From the NCBI RefSeq assembly GCF_006345805.1, contig NC_043024.1, positions 14,632,001-14,696,000 of the forward strand: 64,000 bases of DNA. Direction: 5' to 3'. Below are positions 51,601 through 64,000 of the stretch, piece after piece. Numbering within the stretch: position 1 is the first letter of the stretch; each line of letters begins with the position of its first letter. This stretch comes from Octopus sinensis. Its lineage: Eukaryota. Under the pieces are notes generated by a model, which saw only the letters and a list, made by a program, of their open reading frames with translations, searched no databases and was not told the DNA's origin. A program made the translations under genes and the position numbers.

Positions 51601-54600
51601 AATACCATCAGCAACACCATCAATACCGTCAGCAACAACATCAATACCAACAGCAACAACTCAATACCATCAGCAACAACATCAATACAATCAGCACAAC
51701 ATCAATACCGTCAGCAACAACATCAATACCATCAGCAACAACAGCAATAACATCAGCACACACATCAATACCATCAGCAACAACATCAATACCATCAGCA
51801 CAACACATACCATCAGCCACACAATCAATACACTCATCAACAACATCAATACCGTCAGCAACAACATCCATACCATCAGCAACAACACATACCATCAGCA
51901 ACAACATCAATACCATCAGCAACAACATCAATACCATCAGCAACAACATCAATACCATCAGCAGCAACATCAATACCATCAGCAACAACATCAATACCGT
52001 CAGCAGCAACATCAATACCATCAGTAAGAACATCCATAACATCAGCAACAACACACATCAAAAAACATCAGCACAACATCAATACCGTCAGCAACAACAT
52101 CAATACCATCACCAACAACATCAATACCATCAGCAACAACATCAATTCCATCAGCACACATCAATATCGTCAGAAACAACAATAACCATCAGCAACGCAT
52201 CAATACCATTAACAAACACATCATACCATCAGCGAACACACAATCAATACCACCAGCAACAACATCATTACCATCAGCACGCAACATCAATACCGTCAGC
52301 AAAAACATCAATACCGTCAGCAACAACATCAATGCCATCAGCAACAACATCAATACCATCAGCAGCAACATCAATACCGTCAGCAACAACATCAATACCA
52401 CCAGCAACAACATCAATACCATCAGCAGCACATCAATACCGTCAGCAACAACATCAATACCATCAGCAACAACATCAATGCCATCAGCAACAACATCAAT
52501 ACCATCAGCAGCAACATCAATACCATCAGCAACAACATCAATACCATCAGCAACAACATCAATACCATCAGCAACAACATCAATACCGTCAGCACAACCG
52601 CAACATCATCACAATCAGCAACAACATCAATACCATCAGCAACAACATCAATACCATCAGCAACAACATCAATACCATCAGCAACAACATCAATACCATC
52701 AGCGATAACATCAATACCACCAGCAACAACATCAATACCATCAGCAGCAACATCAATACCGTCAGCAACAACATCAATACCGTCAGCAACAACATCAATA
52801 CCATCAGCAACAACATCAATACCATCAGCAACAACATCAATACCATCAGCAGCAACATCAATACCGCCAGCAACAACATCAATACCATCAGCAACAACAT
52901 CGATACCATCAGCAACAACATCAATACCATCAGCGACAACATCAATACCATCAGCAACAACATCAATACCATCAGCGACCACATCAATACCATCAGCAAC
53001 AACATCAATACCATCAGCAGCAACATCAATACCGTCAGCAACAACATCAATACCATCAGCAACAACATCAATACCATCAGCAACAACATCAATACCATCA
53101 GCAACAACAACAATACCATCAGCAACAACATCAATACCATCAGCAACAACAACAATACCATCAGCAACAACATCAATACCATCAGGAAGAACATACATAC
53201 CATCAGCAACAATACCATCAGGAAGAACATACATACCATCAGCAGCAACATCAATACCGACAGCAACAACATCAATACCATCAGCAACTACATCAATACT
53301 ATCAGCAACAACATCAATACCATTAGCAACAACATCAATACCATCATCAACAACATCAATACCGACAGCAACAACATCAATACCATCGGCAATAACATCA
53401 ATACCATCAGCAACAACATCAATACCATCAGCCACAACATCAATACCATCAGTAACAACATCAATACCAACAGCAACAACATCAATACCAACAACCACAA
53501 CATCAATACCGTCAGCAACAACTTTAATACCTTCAGCAACAACACCAAGACCATCAGCAACAACTTTAATACCTTCAGCAGCAACATCAATACCGTCAAC
53601 AACAACATCAATACCATCAGCAACAACATCAATACCACCAGCAACAACATCAATACCATCAGCAACAACATCAATACCATCAGCAACAACATCAATACCA
53701 TCATCAGCAACATCAATACCGTCAGAAACAACATCAATACCATCAGCAACAACATCAATACCATCAACAACATCAATACCATCAGTAACAACATCAATAC
53801 CAACAGCAACAACATCAATACCAACAACCACAACATCAATACCGTCAGCAACAACATCAATACCATCAGCAACAACATCATTACCGTCAACCACAACATC
53901 AATACCGTCAGCAATAACATCAATACCAATAGCAACAACATCATTACCGTCAGCAACAACATCAATACCATCAGCAACAACATCAATCCCATCAGCAGCA
54001 ACATCAATACCATCATCAACAACATCAATACCGTCAGAAACAACATCAATACCATCAGCAGCAAGCATCAACACCATCAGCAACAACATCAATACCGTCA
54101 GCAACAACATCAATACCATCAGCAACAACATCAATACCATCAGCAACAACATCAATACCATCAGCAACAACATCAATACCATCAGCAACAACATCAATAC
54201 CGTCAGCAACAACATCAATACCATCAGCAAAAACATCAATACCATCAACAACAACATCAATACCATCAGCAACAACATCAATACCATCAACAACAACATC
54301 AATACCATCAGCAACAGCATCAATACCATCAGCAACAACATCAATACCGTCAGCAACAACATCAATACCATCAGCAACAACATCAATACCATCAGCAACA
54401 ACATCAATACCATCAGCAGCAACATCAATACCATCAGCAACAACATCAATACCATCAGCAATAACATCAATACCATCAGCAACAACATCAATACCATCAG
54501 CAACAACATCAATACCATCAGCAACAACATCAATACCATCAGCAACAACATCAATACCATCAGCAACAACATCAATACCGTCAGAAACAACATCAATACT

Positions 54601-57600
54601 ATCTGCAACAGCATCAATACCATTAACAACAACATCAATACCATCAGTAACAACATCAATACCAACAGCAACAACATCAATACCATCAGCCACAACATCA
54701 ATACCATCAGCAACAACATCACTACCATCAGCAACAACATCAATACCGTCAGCAACAACATCAATACCGTCAGCAGCAACGTCAATACCATCAGGAACAA
54801 CATCAATACCATCAACAACAACATCAATACCATCAGTAACAACATCAATACCATCAACAACAACATCAATACCATCAGCCACAACATCAATACCATCAGC
54901 AACAACATCAATACCATCAGCAACAACATCAATACCGTCAGCAATAACATCAATACCGTCAGCAGCAACGTCAATACCATCAGGAACAACATCAATACCA
55001 TCAGTAACAACATCAATACCATCAGCAACAACATCAATACCATCAGCAACAACATCAATACCGTCAGCAACAACATCAATACCATCAGCAACAACATCAA
55101 TACCATCAACAACAACATCAATACCATCAGCAATAACATCAATACCGTCAGCAGCAACGTCAATACCATCAGTAACAACATCAATACCATCAACAACAAC
55201 ATCAATACCATCAGCAACAACATCAATACCATCAACAACAACATCAATACCATCAGCAATAACATCAATACCGTCAGCAACAACATCAATACCATCAGCA
55301 ACAACATCAATGCCATCAGCAACAACATCAATACCATCAGCAGCAACATCAATACCATCAGCAACAACATCAATACCATCAGCAACAACATCAATACCAT
55401 CAGCAACAACATCAATGCCATCAGCAACAACATCAATACCATCAGCAGCAACATCAATACCATCAGCAACAACATCAATACCATCAGCAACAACATCAAT
55501 ACCATCAGCAACAACATCAATACCATCAGCAACAACATCAATACCATCAGCAACAACATCAATACCATCAGCAACAACATCAATACCGTCAGCAACAACA
55601 TCAATACCATCAGCAACAACATCAATACCATCAGCAACAACATCAATACCATCAGCAATAACATCAATACCGTCAGCAGCAACGTCAATACCATCAACAA
55701 CAACATCAATACCATCAGTAACAACATCAATACCATCAGCAACAACATCAATACCATCAGCAACAACATCAATACCGTCAGCAACAACATCAATACCATC
55801 AGCAACAACATCAATACCATCAACAACAACATCAATACCATCAGCAAAAACATCATTACCGTCAACAACAACATCAATACCATCAGCAACAACATCAATA
55901 CCATCAGCAACAACATCATTACCGTCAACAACAACATCAATATCATCAGTTACAACATCAATACCATCACCAACAACATCAATACCATCAGCAACAACAT
56001 CAATACCATCAACAACAACATCAATACCATCAGCAACAACATCAATACCATCAACAATACATCAATGCCATCAGCAAAAACATCAAGACCTTCAGCAATG
56101 ACAACAATACCATCAGTTGCGACATCAATACCATCAGCAACAACATCAATACCATCAACAATAACATCAATACCATCAGCAAAAACATCAAGACCTTCAG
56201 CAATGACAACAATACCATCAGTTGCGACATCAATACCATCAGCAACAACATCAATACCATCAGCAACAACATCAATACCATCAACAATAACATCAATACC
56301 ATCTGCAACAACATCAAAACCTTCAGCAACAACATCAATACCATCAGTGGCAACATCAATACCATCCATCACAACATCAAAACCATCAGCAACAACATCA
56401 AAACCATCTGCAATGACGTCAATATCAATAACCACATCGATACCAGCAGCAACAACAGCAATACCATCCACAAGAACATCAATGCCATCAGTAACCACAG
56501 CCATACCATTAGTAACAACATCAAAGCCATCCATGACAACATCAATATCATCCACAATGACATTGATACCATCGGCAACGATATCTGTACCATCTGCAAC
56601 TACATCAGTACCAACAACAACATCAATACCATCCAGAACAACATCACTGCCATCAGCCACATCAATACCACCAGCAACAACACCATTGCCATCAGCGATA
56701 ACTTCAACGCCATCTGCAAAATTATCAATGGCATCAACCATTATATCAATAGCATCCACATTGACATCAATACCGGCAGCAACAACATCAATACCATCCG
56801 TCACAACATCACTACCAACTGCAGCATCAACAACACCATCAACAACAATGTCAGTACCATCCACAACAAGCTCAATACCATCTACAACTTCAGCAACATC
56901 ATTAGCAACTACATCAATGCCATTCGCAAAGACACCAGTTACATCGGTAAAGTTATCTGTACCACCAACCACAATATCAATACCATTCGCAACCACAGTT
57001 ATACCATCAGCAGCAACGGCAGTAACATCTATCCTAGAAACAACAACATCAATACCCTCAGCATTCACATCTTTACCATCTGCAACAACATCAATACCAT
57101 CAGAAACAACATCAATACCATCAGCAACAACATCAATACCTTCAGCAACGACATCAATACCATCAGCAACAACATCAATTCCATCAGCAACAACATCGAT
57201 ACCATCAGCAACAACATCAATAACATCTAAAATGGCATCAATGCCATCCACAATGACATCAATACCATATGCACCAACATCTTTTACAACAGCAACAACT
57301 ACAATACCATCAGCAACAGCATCAGTTCCAACATCAATAGCAACCAGAACATATCTGCAAGCAGTGACCACGAGGCCCTCACAGGCCATACCTACTCTCA
57401 CAAGTCCCAAAGCAGCAACAATAAAGCAACTTCAACCCAGAACTACGTCAATACCTTCAAAAACGTTTATACCATCAACCACATCCATTGGGACATCTTC
57501 AAAATTCTTAGAGAAAAAAACGTCTTCAGTCGCAACTGAAACAACGACAACAGCGGTACCAAAATCACAATTAACATCAAAAAGCACAAGTACTCCAACA

Positions 57601-60600
57601 ACAATATCAATATCTGCATCAACCACGCTGTTACCGATAACTACTTCAATACCAGCAACTGCAACATTAATACCAACAATAACAACAGCCTCATTGTCGG
57701 GCACAAAATCTTTAATGCCAACAACATCAACACCAACCACTACATCACCAATAACTACAACATCAACTACAACACCAGCCACAAGTGCAATACCAACGGT
57801 ACCACAATCATATCAGTCAACAGCATCCTCGGTACCTTCCACATCATTTATCCCGACCACATCCATACATACATTAACTTCAGTGCCAACAAGGAATGTC
57901 AGACTAAGAACTAAAGTGGCATCAATACCTACAGCAACGGGAACGCCAATAAGAGTCATATCCACACAAAGTTCCCCAACGGCCAAGGAAGCATCAACTT
58001 CGAGAGTAGGGGGCCCATCTACAATAGGAGCTACACCAAAAATTCCCGTTAGCATTTCACCTTGTAAGGAAAAGACAGGAGGGAGAAAACAATATACAAC
58101 AACTGCGATACCAGCAACAGGAACAATGCCGACAGCAACTGCAACGTCAGTGCCAAATACAGCATCATCAACAAAGGGGACAATCCCATCGGGACCAACA
58201 ACTACATCACTACGACATATGACATCAATACCAATGATAATCCGATCAATACTAACAACAACATCAACACCGACAACAACATCAACACCATCAACAACAT
58301 CAATACCAACAACAACATCAATGCCAACAACAACATCACTAACAACAATACGATCAAGACACACAACAACATCAATACCTACAACATCAATACCCAAAAC
58401 AACATCAATACCAACTAAAACATCAATACTCACAACAACATCAATACCCACAACATCAAAACCCACAACAACATCAATACCCACAACATCAAAACCCACA
58501 ACAACATCAATACCAACAACAACATCAAGACCCACAACAACATCAATACCAACAACAACATCAAAACCCACAACAACATCAATACCCACAACGACATCAA
58601 AACCAACAACAACATTAATACCAACAACAACATCAATACCAACTAAAACATCAATACCCACAACAACATCAATACCCACAACATCAAAACCCAAAACAAC
58701 ATCAATACCCACAACAACATCAATACCCACAACAACATCAATAACAACTAAAACATCAATACCCACAACAACATCAATACCCACAACATCAAAACCCACA
58801 ACAACATCAAAACCCACAACAACATCAATACCCACAACGACATCAATAACAACAACAACATCAATACCAAAAACAACATCAATACCAACTAAAACATCAA
58901 TACCCACAACAACATCAATACCCACAACAACATCAATACCCACAACAACATCAATAACAACTAAAACATCAATACCCACAACAACATCAATACCCACATC
59001 ATCAAAACCCACAACAGCATCAATACCCACAACAACATCAATACCCACAACAACATCAACACCAACAACAACATCAATACCAACAACAACATCAATACCA
59101 ACAACAACATTAATACCAACAACAACAACAATACCAACTAAAACATCAATACCCACAACAACATCAATACCAACAACAACATCAAAACCCACAACAACAT
59201 CAATACCAACAACAACATCAATACCCACAACAACATCAATACCCACAACAACATCAACACCAACAACAACATCAATACCAACAACAACATCAATACCAAC
59301 AACATTAATACCACCAACAACATCAATACCAACTAAAACATCAATACCCACAACAACATCAATACCAACAACAACATCAAAACCCACAACAACATCAATA
59401 ATAACAACAACATCAATACCCACAACAACATCAATACCCACAACAACATCAATACCCACAACAACATCAATACCCACAACAACATCAATACCCACAACAA
59501 CATCAATACCAAAAACAACATCAATACCAACAACAACATCAATACCCGTAACAACATCAATACCCGTAACAACATCAATACCCACAACAACATCAATACC
59601 GACAACAACGCCAATACCTACAACAACATTAATACCCACAACAACATCAACACCAACAACAACATCAATACCAACAACAACATCAATACCCACAACAACA
59701 TCAATACCCGTAACAACATCAATACCCACAACAACATCAATACCCACAACATCAATACCAACACCAACATCAATACCAACAACAACATCAATACCCACAA
59801 CATCAAAACCCACAACAACATCAATACCCACAACAGCATCAATAATCACAACAACATCAATACCAACAACAACACCAATACCAACAACAACATCAATACC
59901 AACAACAACATCAATACCAACAACAACATCAATACCAACAACAACATTAATACCAACAACAACATCAATACCAACAACAACATCAATACCAACAACAACA
60001 TTAATACCAACAACAACAGCAATAACCACAACAACATCAATACCCACAACATCATCAATGCCCACAACAACATTAATACCAACAACAACATCAATACCAA
60101 CTAAAACATCAATACCAACAACAACATCAATACCCACAACAACATTAATACCAACAACAACATCAATACCAACTAAATCATCAATACCCACAACAACATC
60201 AATACCAACAACAACATCAATGCCCACAACAACATTAATACCAACAACAACATCAATACCAAATAAAACATCAATACCCACAACAACATCAATACCAACA
60301 ACAACATTAATACCCACAACAACATTAATACCAACAACAACATCAATACCAACAACAACATCAAAACCCACAACAACATCAATAATCGCAACAACAACAT
60401 CAATACCCACAAGAACATCAATACCAACAACAACATCAATACCCACAACAACATCAATACCCACAACAACATCAATACACCAACAACATCAATACCAAAC
60501 AACAACATCAATACCCAACATCAACATCAATAACCCAAACAACAACATCAATACCACAAACAACATCAATACCCACAACATCAATACCAACAACAACATC

Positions 60601-63600
60601 AATACCCACATCAACATCATAAGACCGCGTAACAACATCAATACCAAAATCAATACCAACAACAACATCAATACCCACATCAACATCAAACCCGTAACAA
60701 CATCAATACCCAACAACAACATCAATACCCACATCAACATCAATACCCACAACAACATCAATACCAACAACAACATCAATACCCACATCAACATCAATAC
60801 CCACAACAAGATCAATACCCACAACAACATCAATACACACAACAACATCAATACCAACAACAACATCAATACCCGTAACAGCATCAATACCGACAACATC
60901 AATACCAACAACAACATCAATACCCGTAACAACATCAATACCGACAACATCAATACCCACAACAACATCAATACACACAACAACATCAATACCAACAACA
61001 ACATCAATACCCGTAACAACATCAATACCGACAACATCAATACCAAAAACAACATCAATACCCGTAACAACATCAATACCGACAACATCAATACCAACAA
61101 CAACATCAATACCCGTAACAACATCTATACCGACAACATCAATACCAACAACAACATCAATACCCACAACAACATCAATACCCACAACAACATCAATACA
61201 CACAACAACATCAATACCCGTAACAACATCAATACCGACAACATCAATACCAACAACAACATCAATACCCGTAACAACATCAATACCAACAACATCAATA
61301 CCAACAACAACATCAATACCCACAACAACATCAATACCAACAACAACATCAATACCCACAACATCAATACCAACAACAACATCAATACCCGTAACAACAT
61401 CAATACCAACAACAACATCAATACCAACAACAACATCAATACCAACAACAACATCAATACCCACAACATCAATACCAACAACAACATCAATACCCGTAAC
61501 AACATCAATACCGACAACATCAATACCAACAACAACATCAATACCAACAACAACATCAATACCAACAACAACATCAATACCCACAACATCAATACCAACA
61601 ACAACATCAATACCCGTAACAACATCAATACCAACAACAACATCAATACCCACAACAACATCAATACCAACAACAACATCAATACCCACAACATCAATAC
61701 CAACAACAACATCAATACCCGTAACAACATCAATACCAACAACAACATCAATACCCACAACAACATCAATACCAACAACAACATCAATACCGACAACATC
61801 AATACCAACAACAACATCAATACCCGTAACAACATCAATACCGACAACATCAATACCCACAACAACATCAATACCCACAACAACATCAATACCCGTAACA
61901 ACATCAATACCGACAACATCAATACCAACAACAACATCAATACCCACAACAACATCAATACCCACAACAACATCAATACCCGTAACAACATCAATACCCA
62001 CAACATCAATACCAACAACAACATCAATACCCACAACAACATCAATACACACAACAACATCAATACCAACAACAACATCAATACCCGTACAATCAATACC
62101 CACAACATCAATACCAACAACAACATCAATACCACAACAACATCAATACCAACAACATCAATACAAACACAACAACATCAATACCACAACAACATCAATA
62201 CCCACAACATCAAACCAAACAACAACATCAATACCCACATCAACATCAATACCAACAAACACACAATACCAGCATAAAACATCAATACCCACAACAACAT
62301 CAATACCCACAACATCAAAACCCACAACAACATCAATACCAACAACAACATCAATACCCACAACAACATCAATACCCACAACATCAAAACCCACAACAAC
62401 ATCAATACCAACAACAACATCAATACCCACAACAACATCAATACCCACAACAACATCAATACCCACAACAACATTAATACCAACAACAACATCAATACCA
62501 ACTAAAACATCAATACCCCCAACAACATCAATACCAACAACAACATCAATACCCACATCAACATCAATACCAACAACAACATCAATACCAGCTAAAACAT
62601 CAATACCCACAACAACATCAATACCCACAACATCAAAACACACAACAACATCAATACCAACAACAACATCAATACCCACAACAACATCAATACCCACAAC
62701 AACATCAATACCCACAACAACATTAATACCAACAACAACATCAATACCAACTAAAACATCAATACCCACAACAACATCAATACCAACAACAACATCAATA
62801 CCCACAACAGCATTAATACCAACAACAACATCAATACCAACTAAAACATCAATACCCCCAACAACATCAATACCAACAACAACATCAATACCCACAACAG
62901 CATTAAAACCCACAACAACATCAATACCAACTAAAACATCAATACCCACAACAACATCAATACCAACAACAACGTCAATACCCACAACAACATTAATACC
63001 AACAACAACATCAATACCAACTAAAACATCAATACCCACAACAACAGCAATACCCACAACATCGAAACCCACAACATCAAAACCCACAACAACATCAATA
63101 CCCACAACAACATCAATACACGCAACAACATCAAAACCCACAACAACATCAATACCAACAACAGCATCAATACACGCAACAACATCAATACCCGCAACAA
63201 CATCAATACCCACAACAACATCAATACCAACAACAACATCAATACCAACAACAATATCAATACCCACATCAACATCAATACCAACAACAACATCAATACC
63301 CACAACAACATCAATACCCACAGAAACATCAATACCCGAAACAACATCAATACCCACAAGAACATCGATACGCACAACAACATCAATACCCGCAACAACA
63401 TCAATACCCGCAACAACATCAATACCCACAACAACATCAATACCCACAACAACATCAATACATACAACAACATCAATACCAACAACAACATCCATACCCA
63501 CAACAACATCAATACCCACAACAACATCAACGCCAACAACAACATCAACGCCCACAACAACATCAATACCCACGACGACATCAATACCAAAATCACCCTC

Positions 63601-64000
63601 AATACCCACAACAACATCAATACCCACCACAACATCAATACCTACAACAACATCAATACTCACAACAACATCAATACCCACAACAACATCAATACCCACA
63701 TCAATAACGACAAAGTCATCAATACCCACGACGATATCAATACCAAAAACAACATCAATACCCACAACAACATCAATAACCACAACATCAAAACCCACAA
63801 CAACATCAATACCCACAACAACATCAATACCCACAACAACATCAATACCCGCAACGACATCAATACCCGCAACAACATCAATACCCACAACAACATCGAT
63901 ACCCACAACAACATCAATACCAACAACAACATCAATACCTACATCAACATCAATACCAACAACAACATCAATACCCACAACAACCTCAATAACCACAACA
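45671..64000 (+). CDS. Giant PTS (Thr/Ser/Pro-rich) mucin-domain exon, >=18.3 kb (about 6100 aa), 3'-incomplete, with several apparent frameshifts
   Basis: Acceptor ttccatgttacag|CA in phase 1 gives T-TTEQYKSASIPYTTS. ORF-track segments in the T/S/P frame (45655-46245, 46242-48035, 49676-50941, 50250-, 55310-56101, 56065-) tile the region, shifting frame at 1-nt indels (e.g. about 46142 gcaacaaatcg vs gcaacaatatcg). I saw no obvious splice signals inside. Confidence 0.8.
45890..57250 (+). repeat. Coding tandem array of 21-bp units (aca aca tca ata cca tca gca = TTSIPSA), roughly 540 units by length
   Basis: Read directly. Variants include TTLIPSA, RTSITSA and TTSMPSA; the array degenerates from about 56400 onward. 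Confidence 0.95.
58250..64000 (+). repeat. Coding tandem array of 18-bp (and 15-bp) units (TTSIPT / TSIPT / TTSKPT), roughly 320 units, continuing past the window end
   Basis: Read directly: aca aca tca ata ccc aca / cca aca. Confidence 0.95.

Noticed and set aside
45839-62277. Asn-rich (NNINTIS) and Gln/His-rich (QQHQYHQ) ORF segments as separate proteins
   Set aside because: They are alternative frames of the same repeat, entered at single-base indels; most parsimoniously errors (kept only as a testable finding).
45705-63996. Very long minus-strand ORFs (poly-DGIDVVA, poly-VLMLLLM, poly-GIDVVV)
   Set aside because: They are antisense shadows of the A/C-rich coding repeat. They have no splice or start context, while the plus T/S/P frame links in phase to upstream exons.

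Overview
Eukaryotic, repeat-dense genomic window. The abundant tRNA-derived SINEs, RTE 3' tails ending in (GAT)n and (TA/CA)n microsatellites match what I recognise from Octopus genomes; the taxon is inferred. The main gene is on the + strand and is a giant mucin-like gene that I reconstructed from GT-AG boundaries and consistent intron phases. Exons: a probable 30-nt micro-exon (12640-12669), a 36-nt micro-exon (20023-20058), a two-exon degenerate discoidin (F5/8 type C-like) module (28439-28701 + 32638-32773), a 42-nt Pro/Ser linker exon (34138-34179), a second recently duplicated copy of the module (34433-34695 + 35478-35613), and an exon of >=18.3 kb (45671 to beyond the window end). The giant exon encodes TTSIPSA heptad repeats, a ~1 kb non-repetitive island, then TTSIPT hexad repeats. 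It carries several frameshifts that are probably assembly indels. The introns hold a sequence-perfect minimal hammerhead ribozyme on the sense strand (12808-12868) and a decayed DD37D (maT-type) transposon whose right TIR has expanded into a 37-bp minisatellite. They also hold a 47-bp satellite, a microhomology-amplified mariner fragment, a Tc1 element with a nested insertion, Helitron, piggyBac-like and pogo-like MITEs, RTE/CR1/R4/Penelope remnants and many SINEs. There are no prokaryotic features (no CRISPR, no rRNA). Repeat coordinates are approximate (tens of bp); exon coordinates were counted base by base.
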